From Macrostomum lignano (Eukaryota), in assembly GCA_002269645.1 (NCBI GenBank), contig NIVC01001347.1:124001-188000 (forward strand): 64,000 bases of DNA, given 5' to 3'. Under the pieces are notes generated by a model. The model saw only the letters and a list, made by a program, of their open reading frames with translations, did not search any database and was not told the DNA's origin. Made by a program: the position numbers and the translations under genes. Positions 31,567-44,317 of this stretch are shown here, one piece after another (the first letter of the stretch is position 1; every line of letters begins with the position of its first letter).

Positions 31567-34084
31567 GATTGGCTTTTGATTCTAGTCGATTACAAGCCGC
31601 TTGTACTAATTGACACAGATTAGCATATTGAAAACTGGTTAAGTCAAAGTTGGGCAGAAATATGTATGTTCTTTGATGAGAACTCCATATATATACAAAA
31701 TTCTAGGTCTGGCAGCATCTTAGTATATAAATTCTATAGGCCTGAGCCAGATGCTACTGATAAATGTATTATATATATTATTTCAGACTTGGGAATTGCT
31801 AAAATGTGGTAATGCTGCCAGAAAAAGTTTAGCCTAAAGCATTAAATAATATATTTGGATTAAAAATTGAAAATTTACAAAGTTTTCAATCCAGATCAGA
31901 GTTGCATTGAACTATATACACAGGTCTATATATATTGCTAATGAAGTGTTTTGATCACATGCTAGAGAAATACATAATACCATAACTTGTACTTGTGGCA
32001 CTCTTTTAGTACCTTTAAAAGGGGTGCTGATTGAAAAGGCCCTGGTACCTGTTGGTTTATTGGTTTAGTTGTAAACAAACCAAATAGAAACCATAGTAGG
32101 AGAAACCAACTGATATTAACTATAAACCAACTCAAAATAGAGACTTTAAATTATATATATATATTAATAGTAATAGGCAAAGTACTAGCACTTCTGGCAC
32201 TTTTAGTACCGGAAGGTACTATTTTTCAAAGTGGCAATTTTTTCATTTCTTTTTTAAGACTGCTGGTCTTAGGTAACAGAAGTTACTTTTTGATAAGTCT
32301 GGTACCTTTAGTACTTGAAAATGAAAATTTAGGGGCTAAACTACCTATTTAGCACTTTATATTTCCTAAAAGCACAAACTTTCACCAAAATGCAATTATA
32401 CAATGGTAAAAAGATTATAGGTTTTTTACTTTTCATGTTAAACTACATTAAATGGCATTCAATTAAATTTTCTATGAGGATTGACCTCACAGAAATGAGG
32501 ATTCTATGAGGAAGTATTCTCCTTTTGTGCTTTTGCGAATAAATTGCTTTGTTCAACCCAAATAGTGTAGAAACAAAAAACATTAAAAAAATTAACATCC
32601 TTATTTTACAACTCATTGCAAGTTTTCTAATAAGGATCAATAGCAGTGCATCAAGACACTATACCTGTGATTGGTAGAAAAAATTATGGAGGCCAATTTC
32701 TTTATTTTGATATTTTTGCAAGATAAGTCTATGTACTCTAGGAGTGTTTTATGACTATTAACTCTTTTGAGACCAATTATATTTTTATTGTAGTATAAAG
32801 GCACAAATCAAAATATTTAATGTTTTGTACATTGGTCTATCTCATACATGCGCAACCTCCAAAATTAAGTTAAAACTTAATTTTAAACTTAGTTTAAACA
32901 ATAAATGCGACATAGTTTTTGGCCAAAAATGCGACTTACATATAAAAGAAATCCTAAAGCAAAATTAATGCAAATTTGGATAAATGAGAGGAATAACTAT
33001 GACTGTTTTATTAAGGCAAAATGCCTCATTATCTACTTAGTACTATTTATTTGGATGGGCATTTTTGCAACTTACCTTGGTTAACTGCCAAATTTGTCAG
33101 CCAGATTGGCCAACTTGCTTGACTGTTGCGCATGTATAGTCTATCTATCAAATTGTAGCCATTTATTGTCCTAGTATCCTTTTTTAATTGTTAAATGGTA
33201 TTTCCAAGGCTGCCAAAAGATTATAATTTATTCTAAATAGTTATCTAAATCTAAATAAGTATGTTAGCAGTATAAAAGTGCACCATATACTGTAAAAATA
33301 TAGCTGCTAAAAAACTATAACATAAGTACTAATAAAGAGAATGACCCACACAAACTAAAAGTTGACTAAAGTATTGTACTCATTATGAGATAGTTATTGC
33401 CAAGAATTACCTTTATACATACTTCTAATGATTCAAAATTAATATTTTGAAAATCAGCCTCCAATTTTTTTCCACAAATCATAAGTATAGTGCCTTAATA
33501 TATTGCTAATCTTTGTTTTCTATTTTTTTGTTTATTCACTCAAATTTTGGTTGCAATAATAATAATTATATTGCATTTTTATTTAAGGACTAATTGTACA
33601 GTTAACTATAGACCAAAAATGTTTTTTCTACTTTTCACAAAAAACTATTTTGCACTTTTTAATTAGTAGATCATTAAAATTAGAAAGGACTAGTAAATTT
33701 CAGGGTTTTTTGTACCAAATTAGTACAAATGCCAATGCCACTTTAGCATATCCTCTTTTTTTAGTTTTAAGTTATAAACATTGAAAACTTTTACTTTTAT
33801 TTTATATAAACTGTTAAAACCTGCAGATTTTGAACCCACTGAAATATATTCCCTGGAACTTTTTTGGATAGATTCTAAAATCTAAAGCAATACTCAAAAT
33901 ACTTATTAATAGTTAGAATAAATAAATAAAATTTGGAATAAATTTGTATTAAATGAAAATTTAAAGCAAGTATTGATCTTATTGATTGGGGTTGCCACAG
34001 ATTGATAGGTAATATCTGTCTAAAGTATGCACTGACAAACTCTAGTCTCTGATCTTTGCCTATTTCTGTCTCTCAGGTCCTTTG

Positions 34085-34400
34085 AAACTCTTCTATTCTT
34101 TCTTCTTTCTCTTCTCCTTTCTCTTATCTTTTCTTTTCTTTTCCCTCTTATCTCTTCTTTCTTATCCTTCCTCTTTTCACTCTTCTTTTTACTCTTTCCT
34201 CTGCTCTCTTATTCTGCCTCTCTTCATTCTTTTATCTTATCCTTCCTCTCTTTATTATATTCTCTATTCTCTTATCTTTTCCTTTTTCTCTTTATTCTTT
34301 TCTCTACTCTCTTATCTTTTTTCTCTGCTATTTTCTCTTTTCTTTACTCTCTCTATTTAACTCTCTTTTATGTTTTTTTATTTCATCTTTAGTTTCCTTT
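34085..34400. repeat. Pyrimidine-rich (TC/TCT) low-complexity tract
   Basis: Directly visible; gives the spurious F/L/S ORF at 34082-34360. Confidence 0.9.
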
Positions 34401-36179
34401 TATTTGGCTTATAGCCATAAGCTAGATTCTTTATTGGGCCCTTAAGGTAAAAAATTGCAGTCTCAAGTCTTTATTCTCCAGAAAGTAGCAAGGTGATTCT
34501 AATGCTATTTAGGTTAAATCCTACAGCATTAGCTTGAGTGCTTCAAAATTTACCATGTATACTCAACCTACTTGACACTTTCTTCTATGGGACTAAGGGA
34601 ATGAGTGGAGCAGCAAAACTACCAGAAAAAGCAGACAAAATTCACCTGCTCATAGTTTTTATCCTGATTGAAGTACAGAGTAAAGACTTTATACTAAGAG
34701 AGAAAATAAGTCAAAAAATTCTATGAAGTTTAAAGACAATGGCTTTATGTGGAGCAAACTTATGGAAACTGAAAGTTAGTCAATTGTATTCTGGCAAGAT
34801 AAGGAAAGGAGAAAGGCAGAGATTGGTATGATTGCTATGCTAATAAAAAGCAAACAAATTTTAAAAGTGCACAATACAATTTAAGATTAACTTAAATTAA
34901 AAGACTCAAAATTTTATAGTATTATGTCAAAAAGTTGAAGCTTGTGTCAAATTTTGGTTTTATTGGTTAATTGGATTTGGAAAAATAGTGACTATAAAAA
35001 TAATCATTTTGCTATTTTAATGACTAGGCCCTACTCTTAAATAAAAATAATTACCTTTATTTTTACAAAAACCATATCTAGACTCTTAGAGCATACATTT
35101 AATTTAAATAATTGCCATTTGTGTGGCTAAGATGCAGCTAGAAACATGCAACATAAGTTCTAGAGGGTTAGGCAGGCTCTAGAACATATTTGCATCATAA
35201 GCAAAATCATATTTATAAACAAAACAGCATTAGGCATTTTAATAATCTATAAGAAATGTGCTAACTTTTTTAGTATTTTTAGCAAATTGTAAAGAAAATT
35301 TCTTTTGATATAATAATATGCAAACATGATTTTTCTGCAAACTGAGAGCCAACTAAACTAAGCTAGTTGGGTTAGGTCTTGGCAAAAAGAACACAACAAA
35401 CTCTTTATGACAATATATTGTAGCAGATGAAATGATTATATTGCAGACAAGAGTGAAGATGAACTGGCAATAGATGAAATGACTGTCAACCCTTACATCT
35501 TATCCGACTGATAATAGTATACTTTATAAACATAAAACATAGCAATTATTATAGAATGCAGCTTATAGGCATAGGCCCTAGAACTGATAGCTAAAGGCAT
35601 AGGCCCTAGCATTCAAAACGTAGAACATTATCATTGTTTTAAACAAAGAGAAGTAGGAACTTAATTGCAAGGAAATATATTGTTAGCAAAAGGGAATAAC
35701 AAGTAGGCCTAAGCAATCAAGGTAACCGGTGCAATAGATTCAATTGGTGTAAGATGGGCAACAATAGCATGGTACACATATAGCATTTTCTATAATTTTC
35801 ATGTCGGTTATAGAGGAAAATTTGCTATGAGTTTAAAGATCTTCTTAATAGCTAGCAATAAATCTTTTTTATTTTTGTTTTTGTTTGTAGCATAGCCTAA
35901 GCTGTAAAAATGCCTTGTACTGAGATGACTTTGGTTAAAGTACTTAGAAAGTAGTTTTTTAAGTTAGGCTTGAAAATATTCTTATAGAAAAAGCAATTGT
36001 TGTTATGTCTGCCTTTCGTGTGGTTTTCTATTTTTTTAAAAGTTCACATTCCCAAGAGATGAGCAGTAACTTTGTGTGGTCTAGTGTGGTCATTGTTGTT
36101 TTATCTTCGTTGTAACTGTTACCAGGGTCCGATACTCCTATGTTTATATGTGCAGGTGACGGTAAGATAAACCTAGGTG

Positions 36180-36480
36180 GCGATCTTTGGGTTTCCCGCT
36201 CTAAATTATTTAAACACTTTTTTCAAACTGCATATAAATAGTATTGTAGGTAGGTGCTTTTAGGTAGGTTAAGGAGTACTTGTAGAAATTTGTTTGGATT
36301 TTGTTGATGTTCTTGAGTTCAGTACAGGTTGCTAGATGTCCCCAGATTTCACAACTATATGTTATAACTGGTGTGACCAAAGAATCAAACTAATAAGCAT
36401 GATATCCAGCGGGTGTCTCTTACTTTGTCCAGCAGTGAAAACATTGCAGAATTACCTTGTTTGGTCTGATAAATGTTTAA
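36180..36480 (-). mobile_element. Degenerate non-LTR retrotransposon (LINE) ORF2 fragment
   Basis: The minus strand reads FDSLVTPVITYSCEIW (~36388-36341) followed by KIQTNFYKYSL, resembling the post-RT LFxSLVxPxLxYxCEIW motif of L2/RTE-like LINEs; it contains stops and frameshifts. Confidence 0.55.
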
Positions 36481-37817
36481 CTCTCATGTTTAGTTAATAC
36501 ATAATGCACATTATTTAAATTAGGTTTTTCTTTATTTTGCGTTACCCGCCGATCGCCTGCCGCTGCCCCGCGATTCTGAACATAATTTACATAATTCATA
36601 ATAATTCATAAACTTTGACAGACGTCATAAACATAAAATTTGAAATTTCTTGCTACGATAAAAACAAACAGTTTACAACTTTAGTAAGCACTATAGTTTT
36701 AATGTTAAAAGCTATGTGTATTTTATAGAAGAATATAATTCTTTTTAATATTGAATTACTAGTTGTTTTACATTTACACTTTCTTTGTTCTTTAAAACCA
36801 TCGAGCATTTTCAAAAATTATCTTCCAGAATAGGTTCCAGAACCGTGATGGCGTGATCCGATTTTGTCATTTTGCAAATTGGGTTTGAGAAATTTTCTCG
36901 ATCCGTTGTCATATTTCTATGGACAAATTTGAAGAAAGCATTTGAAACATTTCAAAATTCAAAAAGAATACTAAAACTTAAAAGTATGGGCTATATTTTA
37001 GATAAAAATATTTTTATCATTTGTTTTGAGAAGTAAAATAATTAAAGAGAAAGAGAAAAATTCAACACTTATTATTTTCCTACCAATTCTAGTTCTGGAA
37101 TTGGAATTATTCTGGTTCTAGAACTGATCTTCATGAGAAGCCTATATCTTTTTAGTTGTTTGAGTTTTCAGGTTTGCTTAATGGCAAATAATGCATTTGC
37201 ATTTTTATGGATATAAATATTTGTATGCCTGAGTTAGTAAAACTAAAAAGTTTTAAAAACTGAAGGACAAGGTGCAGAGATAAGCATAATATTTTCCTTT
37301 TAAGCTTACTGATTAAAACATTTTTTATTGAAATAGGCCTGTGCCATAATTTTTTATTATTAGTTATAAGGATTGACTAAGCATGATTTTTTTCATGCAT
37401 AGTTGAAACTAGACCATGTATAAAACTGCATGACTGACTTTTTTTATAATATAGGCCCTACATTAATTTAAACACACAACTATTCGTATTAATATTACCA
37501 AGTCTAGCAATTTTTATTGATTTTTAAGCTTTTTTTTCATCATGCTTATTGTTGATCAAATTTTATTATATGGCTTTATTATAATAATTATATCTGTGAT
37601 TTTTTGCAATTTTGGTTTGCTTTGGTTGTGCTATGCCTATATATAAGGGGCCTATAGGCTATAGCCTGCAAGCAAGTTGCCCATAAAGTTTTTTCCTGCC
37701 AAGATTTGCCCACAATGCTTTTTTACTACAATGAATTTGGCAGCTAGATTCTCTCTGTATTGCCGAGCCCCCCAAAAAATATGCATTTAATATGCAGTTA
37801 CTATCAAAAAGTTTTTA

Positions 37818-38451
37818 GCAATTCTTAAGTTTTGTTTGTTGAATTATTTTGACTTTAGAAAAGTATTGTATACACTTTTTTAAGTACAAATAACTATTTT
37901 AAGAGACTTAAGCTTAATAAGGCACTAATTCTATGTTTCAAAACTTGTTATAATGTATTTGACACTGAAAAGCTGCAATAGTCTATGGCCAAAAGTCCAA
38001 AACTTTAACAAGTGAACAAGTCTTAAAGGAAATAAATAAAAAGTATTATTGTCTATGGTCAAATTGCCAACAAATAGCAAAAGCTTTATATGCTATAGTA
38101 GTGGGAAATCCAATAATAAGATATTCCCAAATGGCTTCATTGGGTTCAGTTGACAGGTTGACACCACAATTCTTCTAAGTATTTTAAATAGGTCAACTTT
38201 GTCAACTTGTTAAAGATTATTGATGTTTAGTCTGGACCATAGACCTTTTTTTCAAGTCAAAAAATGTTCAAACATTCTGGCTAAAGACTATTGCAGCTTT
38301 CCAGTGTCAGAACATTATAACAAGTTTTGAAGCATAGAATTAGTGCTTAATCAGGCTTATGTCTTTTAAAAGTATTTATTTGTACTTAAAATAGTTGGTA
38401 GATTACTTTTCTAGAGTCAAAATAATTTAACAAACGGAACTTGACAATTGC
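37818..38451. mobile_element. Degenerate inverted-repeat (MITE/foldback-like) element with ~175-bp arms
   Basis: 37818-37992 is a diverged reverse complement of ~38277-38451 (e.g. CACTAATTCTATG...AAAACTTGTTATAATG vs CATTATAACAAGTTTT...CATAGAATTAGTG). No TSD identified. Confidence 0.7.
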
Positions 38452-38574
38452 CAAGTTTTGATCATGTAAATCTCTTTACTAAGATTAATTACATCTAATA
38501 AGCATTAGGAAGGCAATGCAGACTAAATCTGCAATAAAAAAGCATTGCAAGCAAACCTCGGTAGAGGGGGGGGG

Positions 38575-38800
38575 GGTGGCCGTAGCCCAGCAGTAGTGCA
38601 GCTGCTCTGGTGTGCCAGCAACCTAGGCTTGATTCCAAGTATAGCACATTAATTTGGGGCTGAATTGGAATCTCGGCTTGGCTCTGCTTATACAATTAAC
38701 AGCCTTAAGAGCCAACCCCTCAAGGCGCAGTGAAGTGTATATGCCTAACATTAATATAAATTTAGGGCCACTATATACTATTGTGTGAGTGTGTGCCTGC
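38575..38800 (+). mobile_element. Putative tRNA-derived SINE relic
   Basis: A-box-like GTAGCCCAGCAG and B-box-like GCTTGATTCC about 45 nt apart. The 3' part (38721-38795) is shared with 41703-41775. Confidence 0.45.
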
Positions 38801-38894
38801 GTACGTATCCACGCGCTTGTATGCCTGCTCAGGGGGGATAGAATGAGCAGTAATGTCTCATGCCGGTTGTGTGCCTATGTTGCTTAAAGTGCAC

Positions 38895-39145
38895 CAGTGT
38901 GCACACAACCCCTGCCTCTAAAAAAACCTTGGTGGGAAAAAACTCTGCAGGAAACTCACTTGTGGGCAATCCACTTGCAGGCAAATTGCACTGCAGGCAA
39001 ATCTTGGTGGGAAAATCTCCATAGGCAATTTGCTCACAGGCAAAATGCACTGTGGGCAAATCTTAGCAGAAAAAGCTTGGCAAGCAAATCTCCTGCAGGC
39101 AAATCTTGGCAAGCAATTCATCTGCAGGCAATTCTCATGGACCCC
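38895..39145. repeat. Degenerate ~20-bp GGCAAAT-containing repeat with an inverted partner at ~37660-37725
   Basis: GCACTGTGGGCAAATCTTAGCAGAAAAAGC resembles the reverse complement of TTTTTTCCTGCCAAGATTTGCCCACAATGC. Confidence 0.55.
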
Positions 39146-40625
39146 AAATAAATTCTTCTGAGGTCACAAAAGCTTAGGACACTATTTAACATACAAATTA
39201 ATTGGCTTATTAATCTGTGGTCTTAGGCTGAATATTATTATTATTATTATTATCATTGTTATTATTATAATTAACAGTTTAAGAAAAGCTAAAGTCCACA
39301 GTTTACAAGAGTTTGCAGAAGATGAATCATGTCAAGCTAAGTGCCCACTGGGTTTCTTGATGGCTTACTGAGGACATGAAGCTGGGTTGTCTATCCAGAC
39401 AGCTTGTGTGTCTAGGTTCAATAAGTCTATGACTGATGTTCCTCTACTTAAATGAACATCTCTCTTGAAATACAAATCCAAAGCAGTTTGAGTCATTTTA
39501 AAGAAGAGACTTACTTGCTACTTTCAAACAACACCAAACTTGTGTCAATCCAACTTACCAAACATCTGCTACAAGTGAAAGTAACACTATTTTCCAGATA
39601 CCCCTCGTGTTTCTTCCCTTATTTATTTAAAACAAAAATAAGGGTGAGAAGAAAAACGAACTTTAAAATACCTATGTTTAGTAGTAATAGTAATAGTAAT
39701 CATATTAATAGAAGTAAGTAGTAATACTGGATGGCATATACCTTCACATGTATAAATTAAATTACATTTTGTATAGCAATTTGTGTGCCACCTGATAGAG
39801 TAGTAAGATCTAGAAATATCTAAATAAAGCTGGGCACCAATGGTGGACCTTGATCCCAATCTTGATTCCAACTAATCCCAAATTCTGACTTTTATGAGTT
39901 AAATCTCACCTAACCATATTTTCCCATCCCAGTCAGGCTCTAGGGTGCACCATGATATACATAAGAGATATACTATACTCAGCAAACTGAGGTCAGTGAG
40001 GACCTTTTTTGATGATCTTAGCTTATAATATGAAATTAGTCAGGCAACTTTTATGCTTAAATGTTTTCTAGTACTCCTATGTATTTTTTCCTGTTTTGGA
40101 TTTATTCACTTCATATATTCAAAGTTTTATAGCTCAGAATATTGATAACATTTGAACATCCAAGGGCACATTCAAAAATTTTTTGAGGGGCAGCTATACC
40201 AAGTACTATAACCCAAAATAGACCTTGCATAGTTATAGGCCAATAGTAAAGTTATTGATTCTTATTTTATTATAATTACTCTCTACAAAATAGTGATGTA
40301 TTTTTATATCCATAATTGATAATTTTCATTGAGGACAATCTTGAACTACAATTTTACTTTCCTATTCATGCAGTCAATGAAAATGCAATTCTCAAGAGGC
40401 CTAAGCAAAATAAACTTATTTGTGCACAGCTCATCAACGTTCATCCAACCATTTAGAGCTTTTACCAGGCATGGTAAAAATCCCTTCAATAGGCTGTCCT
40501 GGGATTCAATACAGTAAGTTTTTTATTGTATATTAAAAAAATAATTGCCATATCCATTGTCTAATACTGGTTTAGATTCTAAGTAGTGTATTACGTGTTT
40601 CCTTCTGCTTTTTAATGCACTTCAG

Positions 40626-41115
40626 ACCCGACAAAACTGAAAAGACGTCCAGTATTGACGATTCTGTCGATGCTGTTATTAAAGTGGCCGAATTGGCGGC
40701 CAAACAAGCGGACGAAGCCGCCACAACGGCAGCAACCGAAGCCCTTCTGGCGGCCAGTCAGCGGCATCTCAGCCTGCTGCCAGAGGATGCCAGGTTTCTG
40801 CGCTCCGGCCTTAGCCCGCTGGCTCTGCTGCCTGACGATCAGGCCGAGTCTCCCGTTGACTCGGCAGCTGCCGGTCGGGCCAGACAGGCAGTTCCGGCCG
40901 GCTGTCCGCACTGGGGCCGAGTGTCGGAACCGGCGGCCAGGCCGGAACAGACTGGCGGGCGCAGCCAGCAGCAGCAGCTGAATCCAACCTATGCAGACTG
41001 TGCCAAGCGAGACTGGGCCAGGGTGTTCCTGCGGCCGCCAACTAATCCTTGGCAGGAGTTGATTCAGCTGACCGCCGAGGGCAAGCTCTGGCACTATCCG
41101 ATTGATAATGAGCAG
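40626..41115 (+). CDS. MRPS31: Mitochondrial ribosomal protein S31, penultimate coding exon (upstream exon(s) not identified)
   Basis: Ends PPTNPWQELIQLTAEGKLWHYPIDNEQ (MRPS31 family E.IQ.T.EGKLW.xPIxNE motif). Acceptor cacttcAG at 40624-40625 (phase 2), donor GTAGAT at 41116 (phase 0). Confidence 0.85.
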
Positions 41116-41206
41116 GTAGATTCTGAGTCGTTTTTTTGTCGTCATGGGCTTGTTTGTTTTAAAGTGGCTTTTTATGGCGTCAATTTCGCGCCACGACCCC
41201 TTATTT

Positions 41207-41650
41207 GGGTCTACGACGTTTGCCAGTCGACGTTTGCCAGCTGGACGTTTGCCAGCCGGGCATTTGCAGGCGGCAATTGGTTAAAGAAGTATGCCCTCCC
41301 TCTAGGCTTACATGAGCTTGCATTTGAAAACTGCGGACATAGCACTAATCTAATCCCAACTCGCTCCCTACTACTGCTATTAAATATACAGGTTGCTAAC
41401 AAACTACTGCTCACTGGAACGCTCTTCATCTTGAATCTTGATATTTTGAGTAGGTTTTAGTAACAGGTGCAAAAGCAACCGATGTTACCAAAACTGTCCA
41501 AACTAGCAGCACCAAAGCCTCACTGACATCAAAGTCAGTAAGCAGACAATGAAGCATCTCACAACTAAAGTCTCGTAGTCAATTGGCAATGGCACGAAAA
41601 GTTGGAAAACGTCGGCTGGCGAATGTCCGGCTGGCAAACGTCGCTATCCC
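41207..41650. mobile_element. MULE-like non-autonomous element with repetitive TIRs (GACGTTTGCCAG units) and a 9-bp TSD, in the MRPS31 intron
   Basis: Starts GGGTCTACGACGTTTGCCAG and ends CTGGCAAACGTCGCTATCCC. Flanks are CCCTTATTT (41198-41206) and CCCTCATTT (41651-41659). Confidence 0.75.
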
Positions 41651-41702
41651 CCCTCATTTGATTCCGTGCGCGTTTATTTGGGAAAATTTTTCGATTCACA
41701 CC

Positions 41703-41775
41703 CAAGGCACAGTGAAGTGTACATGCCTGACGATTAGAAAGTCAGGGCCGCTGTACACTCCTGTGTGAGCGTGTG
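41703..41775 (+). mobile_element. 5'-truncated copy of the putative SINE 3' region
   Basis: AAGGCACAGTGAAGTGTACATGCCTGAC...AGGGCCGCTGTACACTCCTGTGTGAGCGTGTG matches 38721-38795. Confidence 0.5.
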
Positions 41776-41895
41776 TTCGGATTATGTCTATCGAGTCAAG
41801 ATGGCAAATTTAGGATGGTCAGTCCCCGATCCGCCACCTACACTGACCAAATTTTCACTGGCAAAAGTGCACAAAAGTACAACTTCGATTTGCAG

Positions 41896-42153
41896 GGCCG
41901 AGAACTGGAGCCAGACGGTCGGGTATCTTTCCAGCGTCACGTGATGCTTGACCGGCAACTGCAAGACTGGGTGCCCAAGACTGGGCCAGTCCGGCACTTC
42001 ATGGAGACCGTGTGCGTTGGCCTGTCAAAGAATCCCTACCTGACAGCGGCTGAGAAGGCCGATCACTTGGATTGGTATCGGCGCTACTTTGCTGACAAGA
42101 TTGACAGAATTCAGGCTGTCTATGAGCAGTCTGCTGAGCCTACTGAAGCCTGA
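41896..42153 (+). CDS. MRPS31: Mitochondrial ribosomal protein S31, last coding exon
   Basis: GRELEPDGRVSFQRHVMLDRQLQDWVPKTGPVRHFMETVCVGLSKNPYLTAAEKADHLDWYRRYF, containing the MRPS31 signature GPxRHFMExVxxGLSKNPYL. Acceptor tttgcAG at 41894-41895; stop TGA; AATAAA cluster at ~42214. Confidence 0.92.
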   Translation, partial: GRELEPDGRVSFQRHVMLDRQLQDWVPKTGPVRHFMETVCVGLSKNPYLTAAEKADHLDWYRRYFADKIDRIQAVYEQSAEPTEA

Positions 42154-42404
42154 GTGAGCATGGGAGCACTGATCAGTGGTTGTTCTCTGTTATTTTAATG
42201 AAGAATTTAAACAAATAAATAAATAAATAGCTTTGTTATTATTGCTTTAACTCGCATTTTTAATACGATTTATTAACACCGGAGTCAAATATTTATAGCT
42301 GATTATTTGCTGTGCTGATTATTTTCTTGCTAACGATTCCGTGTTAGTCTACTTACAGTAGCATGATTCCCACCTTCCTTATTTGGTGAAAAAAAGCCCA
42401 GATT

Positions 42405-42935
42405 CAGTGGTGTGATTCAGGCGCGAATTCGCGCCAGGCGCGAAAATGGCGCGAATGCGCGAATCCTGGGGGTCTGGCGCGAAATTTTGTGGAACCATGG
42501 GCGCGAAAATTGCATTCTTATTTTCTGCTTTTTACACTTATTCTCTTGTCAGACAGTATGAAATACAAGAATGTCATAGCTTAGGAGATTAATCTAACAA
42601 ACTGAGTTCAATCTCAGGCGTCAGCAGCAGAATGTGCAGAAGAAGAAGCAGAAGGAGGCAGAGAAGCTAGCTGAGCTCGTCTTAAAGCGCAAGGCTGCTG
42701 AGCTGCTGTCAACGTCGTCAATCACCAGCACGAGCAGTCGTCTGCCTACAGACATCGCCAACAAGAAGTTCAGGGGGGACACGGCTGTGACTTAAGAGAC
42801 ATGCTAATTGGTAGCCAGACGCATCTTCAAAAGTGTCATAAATTGACTTATTTGGCTGTCAGTAGAATATTATTGGCATGGCGCGAAAATTTTCTGTCGG
42901 CGCGAAATTTGGCAAACTTTCCAATCACACCACTG
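42405..42935. mobile_element. hAT-type non-autonomous element (531 bp), 13-bp TIR CAGTGGTGTGATT, perfect 8-bp TSD
   Basis: CCCAGATT (42397-42404) | CAGTGGTGTGATT ... AATCACACCACTG | CCCAGATT (42936-42943). Subterminal GGCGCGAA motifs occur at both ends. Confidence 0.92.
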
Positions 42936-44317
42936 CCCAGATTGCGAATTGCAATCCAAGTTCAATAGTAATTAAATGTCTATATGTACCTATGTCAATG
43001 CTATTGATCTATCTCAGGAATCCGTAAACTTTTTTTTTTACCTTAAGAATCCAGCTCATGGCTGCGGGTCAAGGTGAGAGGAAAGGAGAATTGAAGATGG
43101 GAGAGGAGAGGCGAGAGAAGAAATAAAAGTGAGAAGAGAGCTGAAAAGAGACACCAACCTTGAGCAATACAGATTAGAGAGGCTTCGCGGGCCTCGGTGT
43201 GACAAACCCTGATCTATCTGTCTGATAGAAGTGGAGCCTCAAACTATGACAAACTGGCTAACTTCTTTTCCGTGTCTGCTTGTAGCTCGTATGACGTTAA
43301 AAATCCTTGGAGCTGTTTCTCATTGACTCGTTTGGCACTGCTGCCAAACGGAAATTAGATTTAGAAAATAAGGTAAAAACCAAGCACAGGTTTGCTATAA
43401 AATAAGTATAATACATTTGTTAACTAAACATTATAGTATCCGGTTACCTTCATCAGGTACGAGCGTAACTTTGTCTGCGGAGAATTTCTAGCAACCAACT
43501 GTGGGTGCTTCTTACTCCTCGGGCAAAGTCTGCTCAACGATACGGGATATTCAGTGAGGCGTTTCGGGATCAGGGGCTGTGGTATCATATATACCGAGAA
43601 TTAATTGAACGTTAATCGAGCGAGAACTGTAATCTGCGCTCAGCCTTCCTATAGTGGGGTAATACCGAGGCCAATTAAATGCTAGCCGAGCTGTGGGTCC
43701 GAGTCTGAGCATTGGACCATGGGGCTGCAGCTTGCGTAAGCTGTGGTGGTGTCTCAGCTGTCTTGTGTGTAGCCAATTGTCTCCGCTTATAGCTGTCAGT
43801 CTGTTTCCTATTTTCTTTTTGATTGTTGTACTGCCTAGCTTTTACATACATTGTCCAGATGTACAGGCATGTGCACTGCAAATAGATAAACTGAGAACAA
43901 CAATAGGTGCAGTAGAGCGGGTACAACAATGATGAGAAGGAACACGACGCGTGTTAATCGCTTGCTCCGTTATATGAGCCTAATTAACAGAGATAAACAA
44001 TCTTTTATCAATTCACACTTGGTGGTTTATTAGTCAGGCAGACAGGTAGAGTTTATCTCACCTTCGCTGTCAAGTCAATCCGTGCGAGACAAAACGCGAG
44101 CTACCGGTTTCGTCCATCGGGTGTCTTGGCCGCCGGCCACGCGACTGGACACGTGTCAGAATGCATACACGTGTTTATGCTGTCACTTATATAATGATAT
44201 AAACAGGTGGGGTGTGCTCTCAATTGTTAGTGGCATCAGAAAGTTGTCAACATGCATGTATCGGTGATCTGGTATCAGCAACGAAGTGCTTAGATAATCT
44301 AAAGGTTCCTTTGAGCA

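Noticed and set aside
41116-41460. C-terminal extension of ORF 40615-41460
   Set aside because: It lies beyond the GTAGAT donor at 41116 and runs through an intronic MITE; MRPS31 homology resumes at 41896.
43420-43470. Minus-strand CTGATGAAGG as a Penelope-type hammerhead ribozyme core
   Set aside because: The required GAAA core and stems are not evident.
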